NCBI GenBank assembly: GCA_965645245.1
Contig: OZ287084.1
Location: 1,240,001-1,304,000, forward strand
Source: Massalongia carnosa
Lineage: Eukaryota
Direction: 5' to 3'
Length of the DNA stretch: 64,000 nt
Below, in pieces: positions 1 to 10,345 of the stretch. The position numbers and the translations under genes were made by a program. The notes below the pieces were generated by a model. The model was not told where the DNA came from. It was given only the letters and a program-made list of their open reading frames with translations, and searched no databases. Within the stretch, counting starts at the first letter, position 1, and each line of letters begins with the position of its first letter.

Positions 1-3000
1 CGTCCGATCCCGCATCGAGGGACCCGGCTTCGTCTTCCTCCCCATTTTCTGTAGCGGTGTCCAGTTCCTCTACATTGTCGCTTGCCTCGCTACCCTCCAA
101 CTCAGGTCGGGAATCCACAAGGGCCTTCCATATCTCATCTTCATTGTCCTCTTCGCCATCACTCGCGATTTCACCCTTCAGCTCTGCTTTCCGCTTTTGG
201 GCCTTCTCTTTACCCTTCCCCATGGTGCTGAAATATTTGTGGAAGAAAACCTCATCAGCTCCCACCTTGTCACTTTCCATCTTCCAAAAAGCCTCGGAAT
301 TTACCGGTCCACTAATAGCCAACTTGGATTGAGCAGATACCAGAAGACCACTCGCGTCCCCCCCAGCCATTGGCTGCATGATCGATGCTCCCCGAGGGCC
401 ACCTGCGAGCTTTGGGTTCTTATATACAAAGCGATCGAGAAAATGAATAAGGGTATGTAAAGAAAGATCCGGTTTCGGTGGCATCGCCTCGTGACTGGTA
501 ATTTTTGAGGCAAACAAGACCACTGAAGGATGAAAATGTAGCAATAAAGGAGCCTGGCCATGCCTTGTTAGCTGCATAGCTATCAAAGATGATGAACGAT
601 TGACTCACAAGTTCCCAGAGACAGCTTTTCTCGGCATTGCTATGTTCGGGATCTCGTTTCCGGCCATCATATACCTGAGAACGTGAAGCCCTTGCAGGAG
701 ACGCAACACCAGATAACCTAGTGCCTTCGGAGAACGAGATTTGGCTGTTTTCATTATTCTCCACTACGTCCTGGAAGTTCTCCTCCTCGTCGCTATCATC
801 TTCTTCAGGGTCGTCAATTAAGGCTCGAAGGCTCGCAAATACGTTTTCAAGCTCTCGTACAAGATACAAGGTCCCACATGCAAAAGAGGCCTGATGCATA
901 GCAATAACTTGTAACAGTCGCTTTGAGAACGCCTTGATACGCTTCACATTAACATCCGACTTCAATGCTCGGAACAGAACGTTTAGATACAACGTCTGTT
1001 TTGATGAAGTCAGGAGCCTAGGATCAAGCAAAGACTCATACAATGTTCGATAAAATCTGTCGTTTGTGCTTGGGTGTAAAGCAATCAGCTGTTGGATCAG
1101 CATCAATGCCTGGATACTAGTATTGAAGTTTGAAGAGTGGGTTACCCTGAACAGTGTGTCCAAGTGCCTTTCGAACCTATGAAGCGTCAGCGAAGCTCCC
1201 TGAAACTAGCTCGGCCAGCCTACGATTCGTCATCTGTTGTGGTGTAAGGCATGGCGCGGTTCACTCCGGTGAGTACCGCGGAAAGCATCTTCTCACGCGT
1301 TTCTTCATCAGAGCCGGCGTTTTTCTGCTTGGTCTTGACTTTACGTTGAGCTTTCTTACCCGAAGCCCCACCGCCTCCCTGAACTTCACCTTTGCTATTT
1401 AGAATTTTTGTATTGACCTCTAAGTTGGACGGCTTCTCGGCCGAAGGCCGTTCCAAAAGCTCGACAAACAAGCTGAAATAGATATCAAGCAGTTTTCTTG
1501 CAACACCTTCTTCCTTCCCGCTCAATACTGTCTGATTCAGAGTAATTATAGCATAGTACTTTGCGTGTAAGCTTTGTCCAGGTCTAAATAGCAAGTCCGA
1601 CTCTATAGACGCAACGATTGTTGGCTTCATAAGGGGATGGAAGTTTTCAAGCTGTAACACGTTATATGATGTCTTAGATGCAACCTTCTTGTCTGTATCA
1701 CCAAGTTTATTGACAAGCAGGCGTAGCAGATTGGCTTCTTGCTCAGGCTTCTCTTTCAAGAGCTGGTAAACGTAATCGACGGCCTTGGACCTAGCAAAGA
1801 CAACTTCGTCATTGCACCATGTCTCGAGGATCTTAAGCACTTCGAAATATGTAGATTTTAACCAGTCCTCGTAAGCCCAAGAGACCAAATGAACTTCCTC
1901 AAGTGGTGCCGGTAACCTATCTTCTGATGTCCATGTATGACTCGAGTTGGAGACCCCGTATAGCCCTGGCTGGCTGGAGAAAGCCTTCAGCTTCCGATCT
2001 GACGGCAGCAGAGCTCCAGGTCCAAACAAATCCTTCAAGGCCCCTAGCACTTCAACGGCTTGACCTCTGCTGCGCTTCCGCGCTAAGCCTACTAGGCTTT
2101 CCAACGCTTTCATATTATGAAGCGGAGATTCCTGAACGGATAAGGTCAAGGCTGATATTTTATCTGAAAGGGTACCCGATGTCATAATTGTTGCGTAAAA
2201 CTGGTTTGCCGAAGAGGCAGATTTACGTCTCAATGCATAATGTGTATTCTCAAGCTCCAGAAGCGACTTCGCATGCTGACGGAGTCGAATAGCAAGATCG
2301 GGTGAGAGAGGTACCTGGGCGTGAGCTGGCGTTGGGATTTCAGGCAGCAGAGTAGAATACCATTCTGACAGCGGCTCAAAGTACTAGAGGCAGCCGATCA
2401 GCAAAAGCTGCTCCCCAAGATGAAGATAAGCAAATCTAAGAAAGACTTACAAGCCGAGGGGACCCGTTACCTAGAGGTCTTCTAGCTACTGATTTTGATG
2501 GTTCATCCTTTTCTGTTGCTAATATTTTATTCTTCATGTGTTTTGACTTCTTACTCTCTATGTTTACCTGCTCCTTTTGTTTGAACATGGATGATTGCTC
2601 TGGCTCCTTCCTATCCCTTTGGTCTATGCCAAGATCTTGTACAAATTTTTGCAAATCTTGTCCCAGACTCTTGCGTGAACCTCTTGCCGGTTCTCGATCA
2701 TCTCCTTCAATCTCGGAGCTCGAAGAGATATCAGCTACCAATTTATAGTCATCCAAGGAACCCCCAAGCGCGAGAACTTCTTCCTCAAGCCCAGATTGGC
2801 TAGGCTGAGCATCCCTAGCCATAGTCCTGATATGCTTCGTGCCATCAGCGCCTTTGGGAAGTGAACTTGAACCCTTGACCTGCCCGTCTCGAAGCCTTTT
2901 TTTTCCATGTTGCTTTGGAAGGGGGGCCGGCAAGGGTAAAGCTTTGTGGCCCTTGCTAGCTACGGGATATTTGAGTTCATTGGGAGCTTTTTTAATTATC

Positions 3001-3215
3001 GGCAGAGATACTTCTGCGGTATTAATTGATTGAGTCTTCGACCTCCTTGGCTTTATCCGATCAGCTTTCGATGGTTTCTCCGGTGGAGCTTTATGTAGGT
3101 TAAGCTCAATCTTCTTGCTCAACCTTGACAGCGCATCTGCTTCAAAAGTGGGGAGCTGGGTTTCCGAGGCTACCAGAACCCCATTGGTGGATGAGCTCTT
3201 AAGCCTGGCCGGCAT
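1..3215 (-). CDS. MAK21: Ribosome biogenesis protein Mak21/Noc1 (CBF/Mak21, CEBPZ family); 3' end runs off the window
   Basis: Exons ~3215-2451, 2383-1224, 1176-609 and 553-<1, joined by GT-AG introns. Contains family-typical segments GTLSDKISALTL, LLVNKLGD, VLTGVNRA, TLFRVTHSSNFNTSIQALMLI, RFYRTLYESLLDPRL, YDGRKRDP and HFLDRFVYKNPK. Confidence 0.93.
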
Positions 3216-3381
3216 GCTGTAAGAGTTGTGGGGAAATTCTTGGTTGTCGTAAATGTTTGCATTGATAGCCGAGTCTCTTCAACGAAGTCAATCCACGCTA
3301 GTAAAGTCACAAGCCGCTACCCGGACATTGGTTTGGGTACAAACAGACCTGTCATTCCGCCCAGTTTTCAATTTTCCTCCT

Positions 3382-3570
3382 TTAGCTCTCTTTGCCTTTT
3401 GGCTTAGATCAAGTGTAGTATCTGTTCTTTTCAGTTTAATCTCTGAAATTTTCCTACGGGAAAAATCAATGATTAAATCTATTTTTGTACTTCGTGAAGC
3501 ATCCTCTGGGCTTGCCTACGATGCTTCTCACTGTGTCCCCGGTCTTACACTACCGCCGGGCGACGCGAAA
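3382..3570 (+). ncRNA. U2: U2 spliceosomal snRNA
   Basis: 5' region AGCTCTCTTTGCCTTTTGGCTTAGATCAAGTGTAGTATCTGTTCTTTTCAGTTTAATCTCTGAAA matches the conserved U2 5' domain. Branch-point recognition GTAGTA at 3415-3420, Sm site ATTTTTG at 3481-3487, then two 3' stem-loops (SLIII ~3495-3531, SLIV ~3533-3567). Ends are approximate. Confidence 0.95.
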
Positions 3571-4203
3571 TCTATTTTTCATCAATATCTTCAGCTTGTC
3601 TGAAGTTTTGAAGAAGAACAGAAAAACAATCATGCAGGTATCACTATTCGGCACGTAATGTATGTATATGTTTGTGTGCGTTTGGTGCAGTGGAGTAGTT
3701 TGGAAATCCTTCACGTTCGACCATGCTCCCATCAAAGATAATCTATCAAAGTACTCACAAAACCTAGTGAAATGGGAGAGATCACCTCGTACTATTTGCC
3801 CCAACTATCAACATATTCGCGATACATGATGGCGATACATAACCCCCTACTAGTTGACGTCAAACGTAGGTCAATAATGACAGCGAGATTGTTCCTGAGG
3901 AGTTTGTGTGTTATGAAGAGTCAACTACCCACTGGAATATGGCACTGAGCGATTAGACTACAATAATTATTAGATTACAACATACAGATGAGAAAGCGTT
4001 TTACTACATCTAACTGTTCACACTAAGGATGGTTTCCAAGAGGCAACCCCCCCAAAGTTGATGACTGCGTGTGTAAAGTGTAACTAACTCGTTCATCTGG
4101 GACTACATGCAGACTATCATCATAGCAACCCAATTTAGTGACAGGTTGTCGACGATATTCTTTATGTTTTCAACCGTTCCAACCACTCCTTTCAACTGAC
4201 TGC

Positions 4204-5625
4204 ATGATGTCTAAAAATATCAAGTATCTTCTCGTATCACTGCCAACATCAATATCCCCCGCCAATGACCATGATGAAGCTCTCACGGCTCTTCGTTCTG
4301 CCGTAACGACAGACTATGGGACGGTCTTCCCCTTCCAGGTGCCAGAGCTCAAGATTGGCACATTGGATGCGCTGGTGCAACAAGCGGATGAGCTAGCTAA
4401 GCTCGAATCGGGCTGTGAAACTGTTGTGGGCAAAGTTGGAGACTCGCTGAGGGCCATACTCGAGGGAGATGAGGAGAAAATTGCCCAGCAGAAAACAATC
4501 CATGACAGTGAGTGAATGGGGGTTCCAAGGGATAGAACCAAGATTGACGTCGAGTGTAGAACCCGCCGAGCAGTACCTAAAGACATTTCATTGGAACAAA
4601 GTCAAATACCGGGCGGATAAGCCGTTGGGCGAGACAATTGATACGTTGCGGAAGGTTTCATTGGTCGTCATCTTCGAGTCCTTGAATCTATATGCTGACC
4701 CCGCTGCACTTAGGAAGTCTCCAGCATCGATAACGACGTCAAAAATAAGCATAATCAGTACAACCAAGTCAAGACTACCCTAACGAATCTGCAACGGAAG
4801 CAGACGTATGCCTTTCCATCGAGATTGCTTGGGTTATAAGGGACGTGCTGACGTTCGTAGTGGTAACCTCTCCAACAAATCCCTGACCACGATTGTCGAC
4901 CCTTCGCTCCTGGTTCAAGACTCGGAATACCTCGAAACCCATCTTGTCGCCGTGCCCAACACCATCGCCAAAGAATTCATGAAATCCTACGAGACTCTGT
5001 CCCCCATGGTCGTCCCCCGGTCTGCGTTATCCATAGCTTCAGACGACGAGTTCACTTTGTACGCCGTCACGACGTTTAAGAAACACAGCCAAGAATTCCT
5101 CCACAAATCCAGAGAGCATAAATGGACACCGCGGGACTACCAATACATAGAAGGAGGAAAGGAGGCGGAGCAGAAGGAGGTTGACCGTGTCGCAAAAGAT
5201 GAAAGGAAGGTATGGGGGGAGGCTCTGCGGTTAGGAAGAACCGCTTGGGGAGAGGCTGTCATGGCTTGGGTGCATGTTTTAACCTTACGGGTGTTCGTGG
5301 AGACAGTGTTGCGTTATGGGCTTCCCCTGAGTTTTGTTTGTGGCTTGATCAAGGTGTGTGATTTGCGACCCATCCTTTCGCTCCCCGTTGAGGCTATGCT
5401 AAACCTCGCCCTGATGGACAGACGACTCCCAAGCTCGCGAAAAAAGCCCGAAACTCGCTTGATTCCTCGTATTCCTACCTTGCTGGCAACGCGTTCGGAC
5501 GAGACAAAAAGGGCCGGGCCACCAAAGACGATTCGTCGACGTCTGCGGACATGCAAGCCGCCGGGCATACTGGCGACGCGGGCGATTACTCGGCATACGT
5601 ATGCTATGAGTTTGAGATCCGGTAG
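4204..5625 (+). CDS. VMA5: V-type proton ATPase subunit C
   Basis: Multi-exon gene (introns near 4508-4559, 4655-4713, 4806-4860, 5354-5421). Motifs LKIGTLDALVQQADELAKL, FHWNKVKYRADKPL, SEYLETHLVAVP, YETLSPMVVPRS and LRVFVETVLRYGLP; C-terminus YSAYVCYEFEIR* with TAG at 5623-5625. Confidence 0.95.
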
Positions 5626-5719
5626 CCATAAACACACTCATCTATTGAGAGAAATCTCATCATATCTCGTAGCCAAACTTACCCTAAACCCCAGCCTCCA
5701 TATTCCCGACGCATTGTCG

Positions 5720-6605
5720 TCATCCCACCAGCTCCCTCTCCAGAAATCCCTTCCCCTCCAAGTACCTCACTATCTGCACCACCGCCTCCTCCACCCCCGT
5801 CTCCGCGCTCCGCACTATTATCTCCGGTCCATCCGGCTCTTCGTACGGCGCACTCACCCCGGTAAAATCTTTAATCTCCCCCTTCCGGGCTTTCGCATAC
5901 AGGCCCTTGGGGTCGCGCGCCTCAGCTACGGCGAGCGGAACCTGTACGTATATTTCCACAAATGGAATGGAGCGGGCGTCATGCAGAGAGCGGGCGAGGA
6001 GACGATCGGCACGGTATGGGGAGATGAAAGATGTGAGAGCGACGGTGCACGAGTCGGCGAAGAGAAGGGCGACCTATGCGAGAGGGGAGGGGGTTGCGCC
6101 GCCTAGTTAGCCATTCATTTGAATCAAACCACACCTCTCTCCCCAGCCCCCTTTGCCAGATAGATAACCAACCCTTCCCCGCCCCCTAAACCAAAAAAAA
6201 TAAATAAATAAACACAAAAACACAAAACCCCCTCACCTCCGCAATCCGCCGAATATTCTCCCCGCGATCCCGTTCGCTGAACCCCAGATCGCGGTTCAGC
6301 CCGAAGCGCACGTTATCCCCGTCCAGCCGGTACGCAACCAAGCCCCGCTGCAGCAGGAACTGCTCCAGCGCGGTGGCGATGGTGGATTTCCCGCTAGCAG
6401 ACAGGCCCGTGAACCACAGCGTGCAGCCGGCCTGGCCGCGGAGAGCGCGACGCTCGGCGGGCGTGAGGGATGGGTGCCATGTTATGTTTCTATTGGGGGG
6501 GGGGGGGATTGTCAGTTTTTTAGGGTTTTCTATGAATGAGGTTTGGAATGGGGGGAGGATTTGAGGGGTTTGGGGGAAGCGGACCTACGTTGCGGCGGCG
6601 GCCAT
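5720..6605 (-). CDS. MET14: Adenylyl-sulfate (APS) kinase
   Basis: ATG at 6605 with introns at ~6587-6491 and ~6236-6076. P-loop [39 protein letters not shown] and [28 protein letters not shown]. Confidence 0.95.
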
Positions 6606-7051
6606 GGTGGGATGTGAGGAGGTGGGTATGTATTGGTTCGAATGGGGGTGGCAAGGGTGATAGATAGGCGGGGGCGGGAAAGGTGGGACACCTACTTTAT
6701 GTGTACATATATAGGGCTGATTGCTTTCTTTTTCACCACAAGATTAACTCATCATTAGCATAGTCAATCATGAACATCACCATCAGGCTTTCAAAGCATT
6801 CCGATAATAGGGAGTTGAAAAAGTACAACTAGTGATATTTTCTTCTAATCTTGCGTTTATGATCAGCTTTTGAGGCTGGGAAGGAGCCAGCTTCTGTGTC
6901 CCTGTTTTGCGTATCAACGCTTCGTTTGCCGTCATTATCTGCTCTACTTAACAACTCTCCTTTCTGCCATCAGCCATTCTCATTTCCATGAACGCTGGTC
7001 CTCGACATTGTCGCTGTTCTCCTTGCTCCCTCCGTCTCTCATCTTAACTAA

Positions 7052-8163
7052 CTAATAGTCCTTGGTATCCCTCTCCTTGTCTGGAATGTCCTCCAAACTT
7101 TCCTCCTCCGTGTTGTAATCGCCGTGATCAGGTCTTCGAGGGGAACCACAACATCCGTCACAGTAGAGGCTGTCAGCACACTGCTTGCACACTCCACAAT
7201 GCCATTCCTTTCGGCTCTTGCAAATGCCACATGCACGGCAATGCCACATGCGGCTTTTTCGCTTCCACCCTTGTTGGCAAATGGAGTAAAACCATCTTCC
7301 ATTAACATCTGCTAATGCATACCGGACCAGCTCCTGACTGTGTCGGTGTCGTTCACTTTCGTTCGTGTCGTGTTGGCCCCAGTTCTCTAGCCACCGTTTA
7401 AGGTCGAGCGGATAGTCACTTTTTGGCTTCATAAGAAGGTGCCTCAAAGGCTCGAGAGATATGATTTTTGCCACCGCCGGAGCAATGGGAACCTGTCTGG
7501 AAGGCTCAATAGCTGTCCTTTTTGGCATCGTCAAAACAACAGGAACCTGTTTTGATGGCTCAGGACTTATACGTCTTGACGTCATTAAAGCGCTAGGGAC
7601 CGCTTTATAAGGCGTCAGCCTGTGGATTATGTGCGGGCGCGGGAAATTGTAGATGAGGGCGTCCATATCGGTCCATGTACCATCCATCAAATATTGCCCG
7701 AAGCAAGCGTTAGGGCGGAGGGGGTTGTCGTCCTGAATGGTGATCGGGTAGCCTCCGTTGCTAATCTCTCCATACCCGTCATTGCTCCCAAGGCTCAAGT
7801 TGGTGCGTGAACCGAAAATCTCCGAGAGCCTCATCAGCGGATTTTGGCAGTTTGGACCGGCGGCGCAGCGACACCTCACGTTGCAGCGGGAGCCAAGTTT
7901 CCGGCAGCTGCAACCGTTGGAGCGGCAAGTACTCCTGCACCGGCATCGGTCGGGTGTGGGAAAGCTATTGCTAGCCTGGGCGGGCCAGGCGTACGGTTAG
8001 CAGGTTGACGAGAGTATTAACGCATCAGAGAGGCCTAGAGTACCTCTGTCACCACCCTCTCCGGTGCAGTCTCGATGCTGGGGAAAGGAATGTCTTTAAA
8101 GTCGCTGGTTCGCAACTCCGCCAGAGCTTGCTCCGAGTTTCCGTCCTGAAGTCTGCCGGGCAT
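7052..8163 (-). CDS. Uncharacterised Cys-rich protein with an N-terminal CXC-like cluster and a C-terminal CxxC zinc-finger-like cluster
   Basis: ATG at 8163, exon 1 to 8044, GT...GCTAAC...CAG intron, then a frame continuous with ORF 7052-7879. Reads CRCRSTCRSNGCSCRKLGSRCNVRCRCAAGPNCQNP near the N-terminus and WHCRACGICKSRKEWHCGVCKQCADSLYCDGCC near the C-terminus. Confidence 0.65.
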
Positions 8164-8752
8164 GTCCACTTGTTCTTGATTCGCCTTGTGAAGTTGAGTT
8201 GAGGAGGAGTCACTGCTATAAAGAAATACCCTGATAATACTCTTCTTCGTGATATGTGAAGTCTTGTACTGCAATCAACGTCGACAAGACTGAGCTCGAC
8301 ACCGAATAATCCCCCCTCCCGGTTGCTCTTGCTTTTCTTCCATACCAATCGTCCCCAGCAACGCGAATATCAAACTTTATCTTTAACCACACACAGCGCT
8401 CCTCACACCTACCTACTTCCCCTTTTACTCTGTATGGGCTTTCCCCCCAAGCCCGCGTTAATTTTTTTTTTCGGAAATCTCGACCAACTAGCTAGTTAGG
8501 GAGTCAGTGACAGATTAGGATCCTCGAAACCCCTTTGTTATCATACATGACTAATTCCTCTATCCCCGCATAATATTACTAATAGTACTAATAATGGAAA
8601 AAGAAAAAGAAAAACTCCTCCAGAAACTCAACGTATGTAAATAACTAACCTAAATAACTTCCACCCCTTTTTTTTAAATCCTCCCCGTTTAAACAATATC
8701 ATTTACCCCCTTTTTGGGGGGAGGATGGACGGGTGGGGATTTGATGGATTTG

Positions 8753-8786
8753 ATGGAAATGGAAATGGAAACGGAAACGGAAATCC
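8753..8786. repeat. Short (GGAAAY)n microsatellite
   Basis: Tandem GGAAAT/GGAAAC units, intergenic. Confidence 0.6.
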
Positions 8787-9146
8787 AAATAATAGAGAGG
8801 GGACTGACTGCCCCCCCCCCTCACCCAGACTGTCAAGAAAGAAGAGAGGGAAAATAGAAGATCTCGCGAGAGCAAATGTACAGGTGGATATGTTTTGGTC
8901 TGTATGTACGTATGACTTTCGTGAAAAAAAGACGATGATGATGATGATGATGCAAGCAAACAAGCAAATACGCAAGGCCACTCATTAAATTTAAATAAGC
9001 AAGCGAAGTCCCTTGTACATTTTAAAACCATAAAAAAATCTATTATGTTCCCTAAGTACAGCATCGCATCGCACCGTCCTCTCTCACTCCATAAACGCCT
9101 TTCCTTCTCCTTTCCTCTTCCCCCTTTCCCCCACCACATCACATCA

Positions 9147-10091
9147 TCAAAGCCTCCAAACCTCAAACCTCATCCCGCGATCGCCCCCATCCCTCCACAC
9201 TGACTCCGGCTCGCCCTCCCTCATCGTGAACCCTTCTGTGGCCTCCAGGACAACCTCGACCCTCCACGCGGAGCCCATCTCCCGGCCCACATCCGCCCAC
9301 AACTCGCGCTAGCTCCGCGCGTCGTGGCGGAACATGTCGCGCTGCTGGCTTGGGGCGGCGCCATGGCTGTAGGTGCCTGGGCGGACGTTGCTGGTTTGCC
9401 GGCCGAGGATGAGCGAGCCGGGCGCGGGGCGAAGGAGCCGCACGAGGCGCTGGGCAATGAACATCTGCGAGGCGAGCGGGAACAGGTGGAAGAATGAGGC
9501 GGCGTGGATGATGTCTAGCGTGCCGTCTTCTAGCTCGTTTTAGTTCCGGTTCCGCGGCGAGGACGTCGCCAGTGAAAAACTTTGAAGTCAGCTTCTCCCA
9601 GTCGAGGAACAGGTCGTAGTCTAACTCGATGAAGCCGCGGTGGAGATCGGCTCCGTATATGTTCTGGGGCGGCGCGCCGTCGGCGACAAGTTTGCGCTCG
9701 TCTTGCCCGAAGCAGCAGCCGATGTCAAGCAGCCGATGTCGAGCAGCGTGTGGCCGGACTGGAGACGCTGCACGATGTGCGGGTAGAGGGAAGATTGGCT
9801 GAGGGGAAGATCTAGGAAGCGGAATTGCCCGATGCAGGGGTAGGGCCAGATGGACCAGGCGCGATCTCTCTACGGGTAGGGGGGGGCGAAGGGTTAGTTG
9901 GCGATGGCGGCGGATGGGGAGGTAAGACATACGATATCTAGGATGTGAGGGACGACTTGTTCGGGTGGAATTTTACTGTATTGCTCAAGCAATGCCCTCG
10001 CCGATGGCTGGAGATCTGTGAAGTCTGCTGTGTACCATGGCACGTTTTTGTCGCGAGCGCTGCTTTGCACTTCTTCAGAGTTTAACGTCAT
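9147..10091 (-). pseudogene. Disrupted class I SAM-dependent methyltransferase (resembles the fungal AusD/Trt5-like type)
   Basis: Family segments WPYPCIGQFRFLDL, LLDIGCCFGQD, IYGADL, LDIIHAASFFHLF, LLRPAPGSLILGRQ and MFRHDARS fall in different frames. Lesions: 14-bp tandem duplication at 9717-9744, +1 in the T-run at 9538-9541, in-frame TAG at 9309-9311. Confidence 0.85.
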
Positions 10092-10345
10092 TTCAATCTC
10101 ATCTTCTTTTCAGGTCTGTTCAGCTCACAGTAGCTAACCGCAGCTAACTTTTGCAGCTCTCTATGATGTTAAGGCTTTAGATTAGGAACAACAACAGATG
10201 GGGGAATCATTTGTAAAGGCGACTGGTTTGGAGCCATATGGTTTCAATTCGAAGATCAGTCCTAGGTGAAAGACCCTCTAACCGAACACAAACAAGATCA
10301 TCGACCATATGGCCCCCATCAGTACCCAAATGATAACCCCCAAGA

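Noticed and set aside
3253..3603. 116-aa ORF on the + strand
   Set aside because: It overlaps the U2 snRNA gene and has no protein-like features.
4808..6106. 432-aa ORF as a single protein
   Set aside because: It is a VMA5 exon read through an intron and then antisense to MET14; VMA5 ends at 5625.
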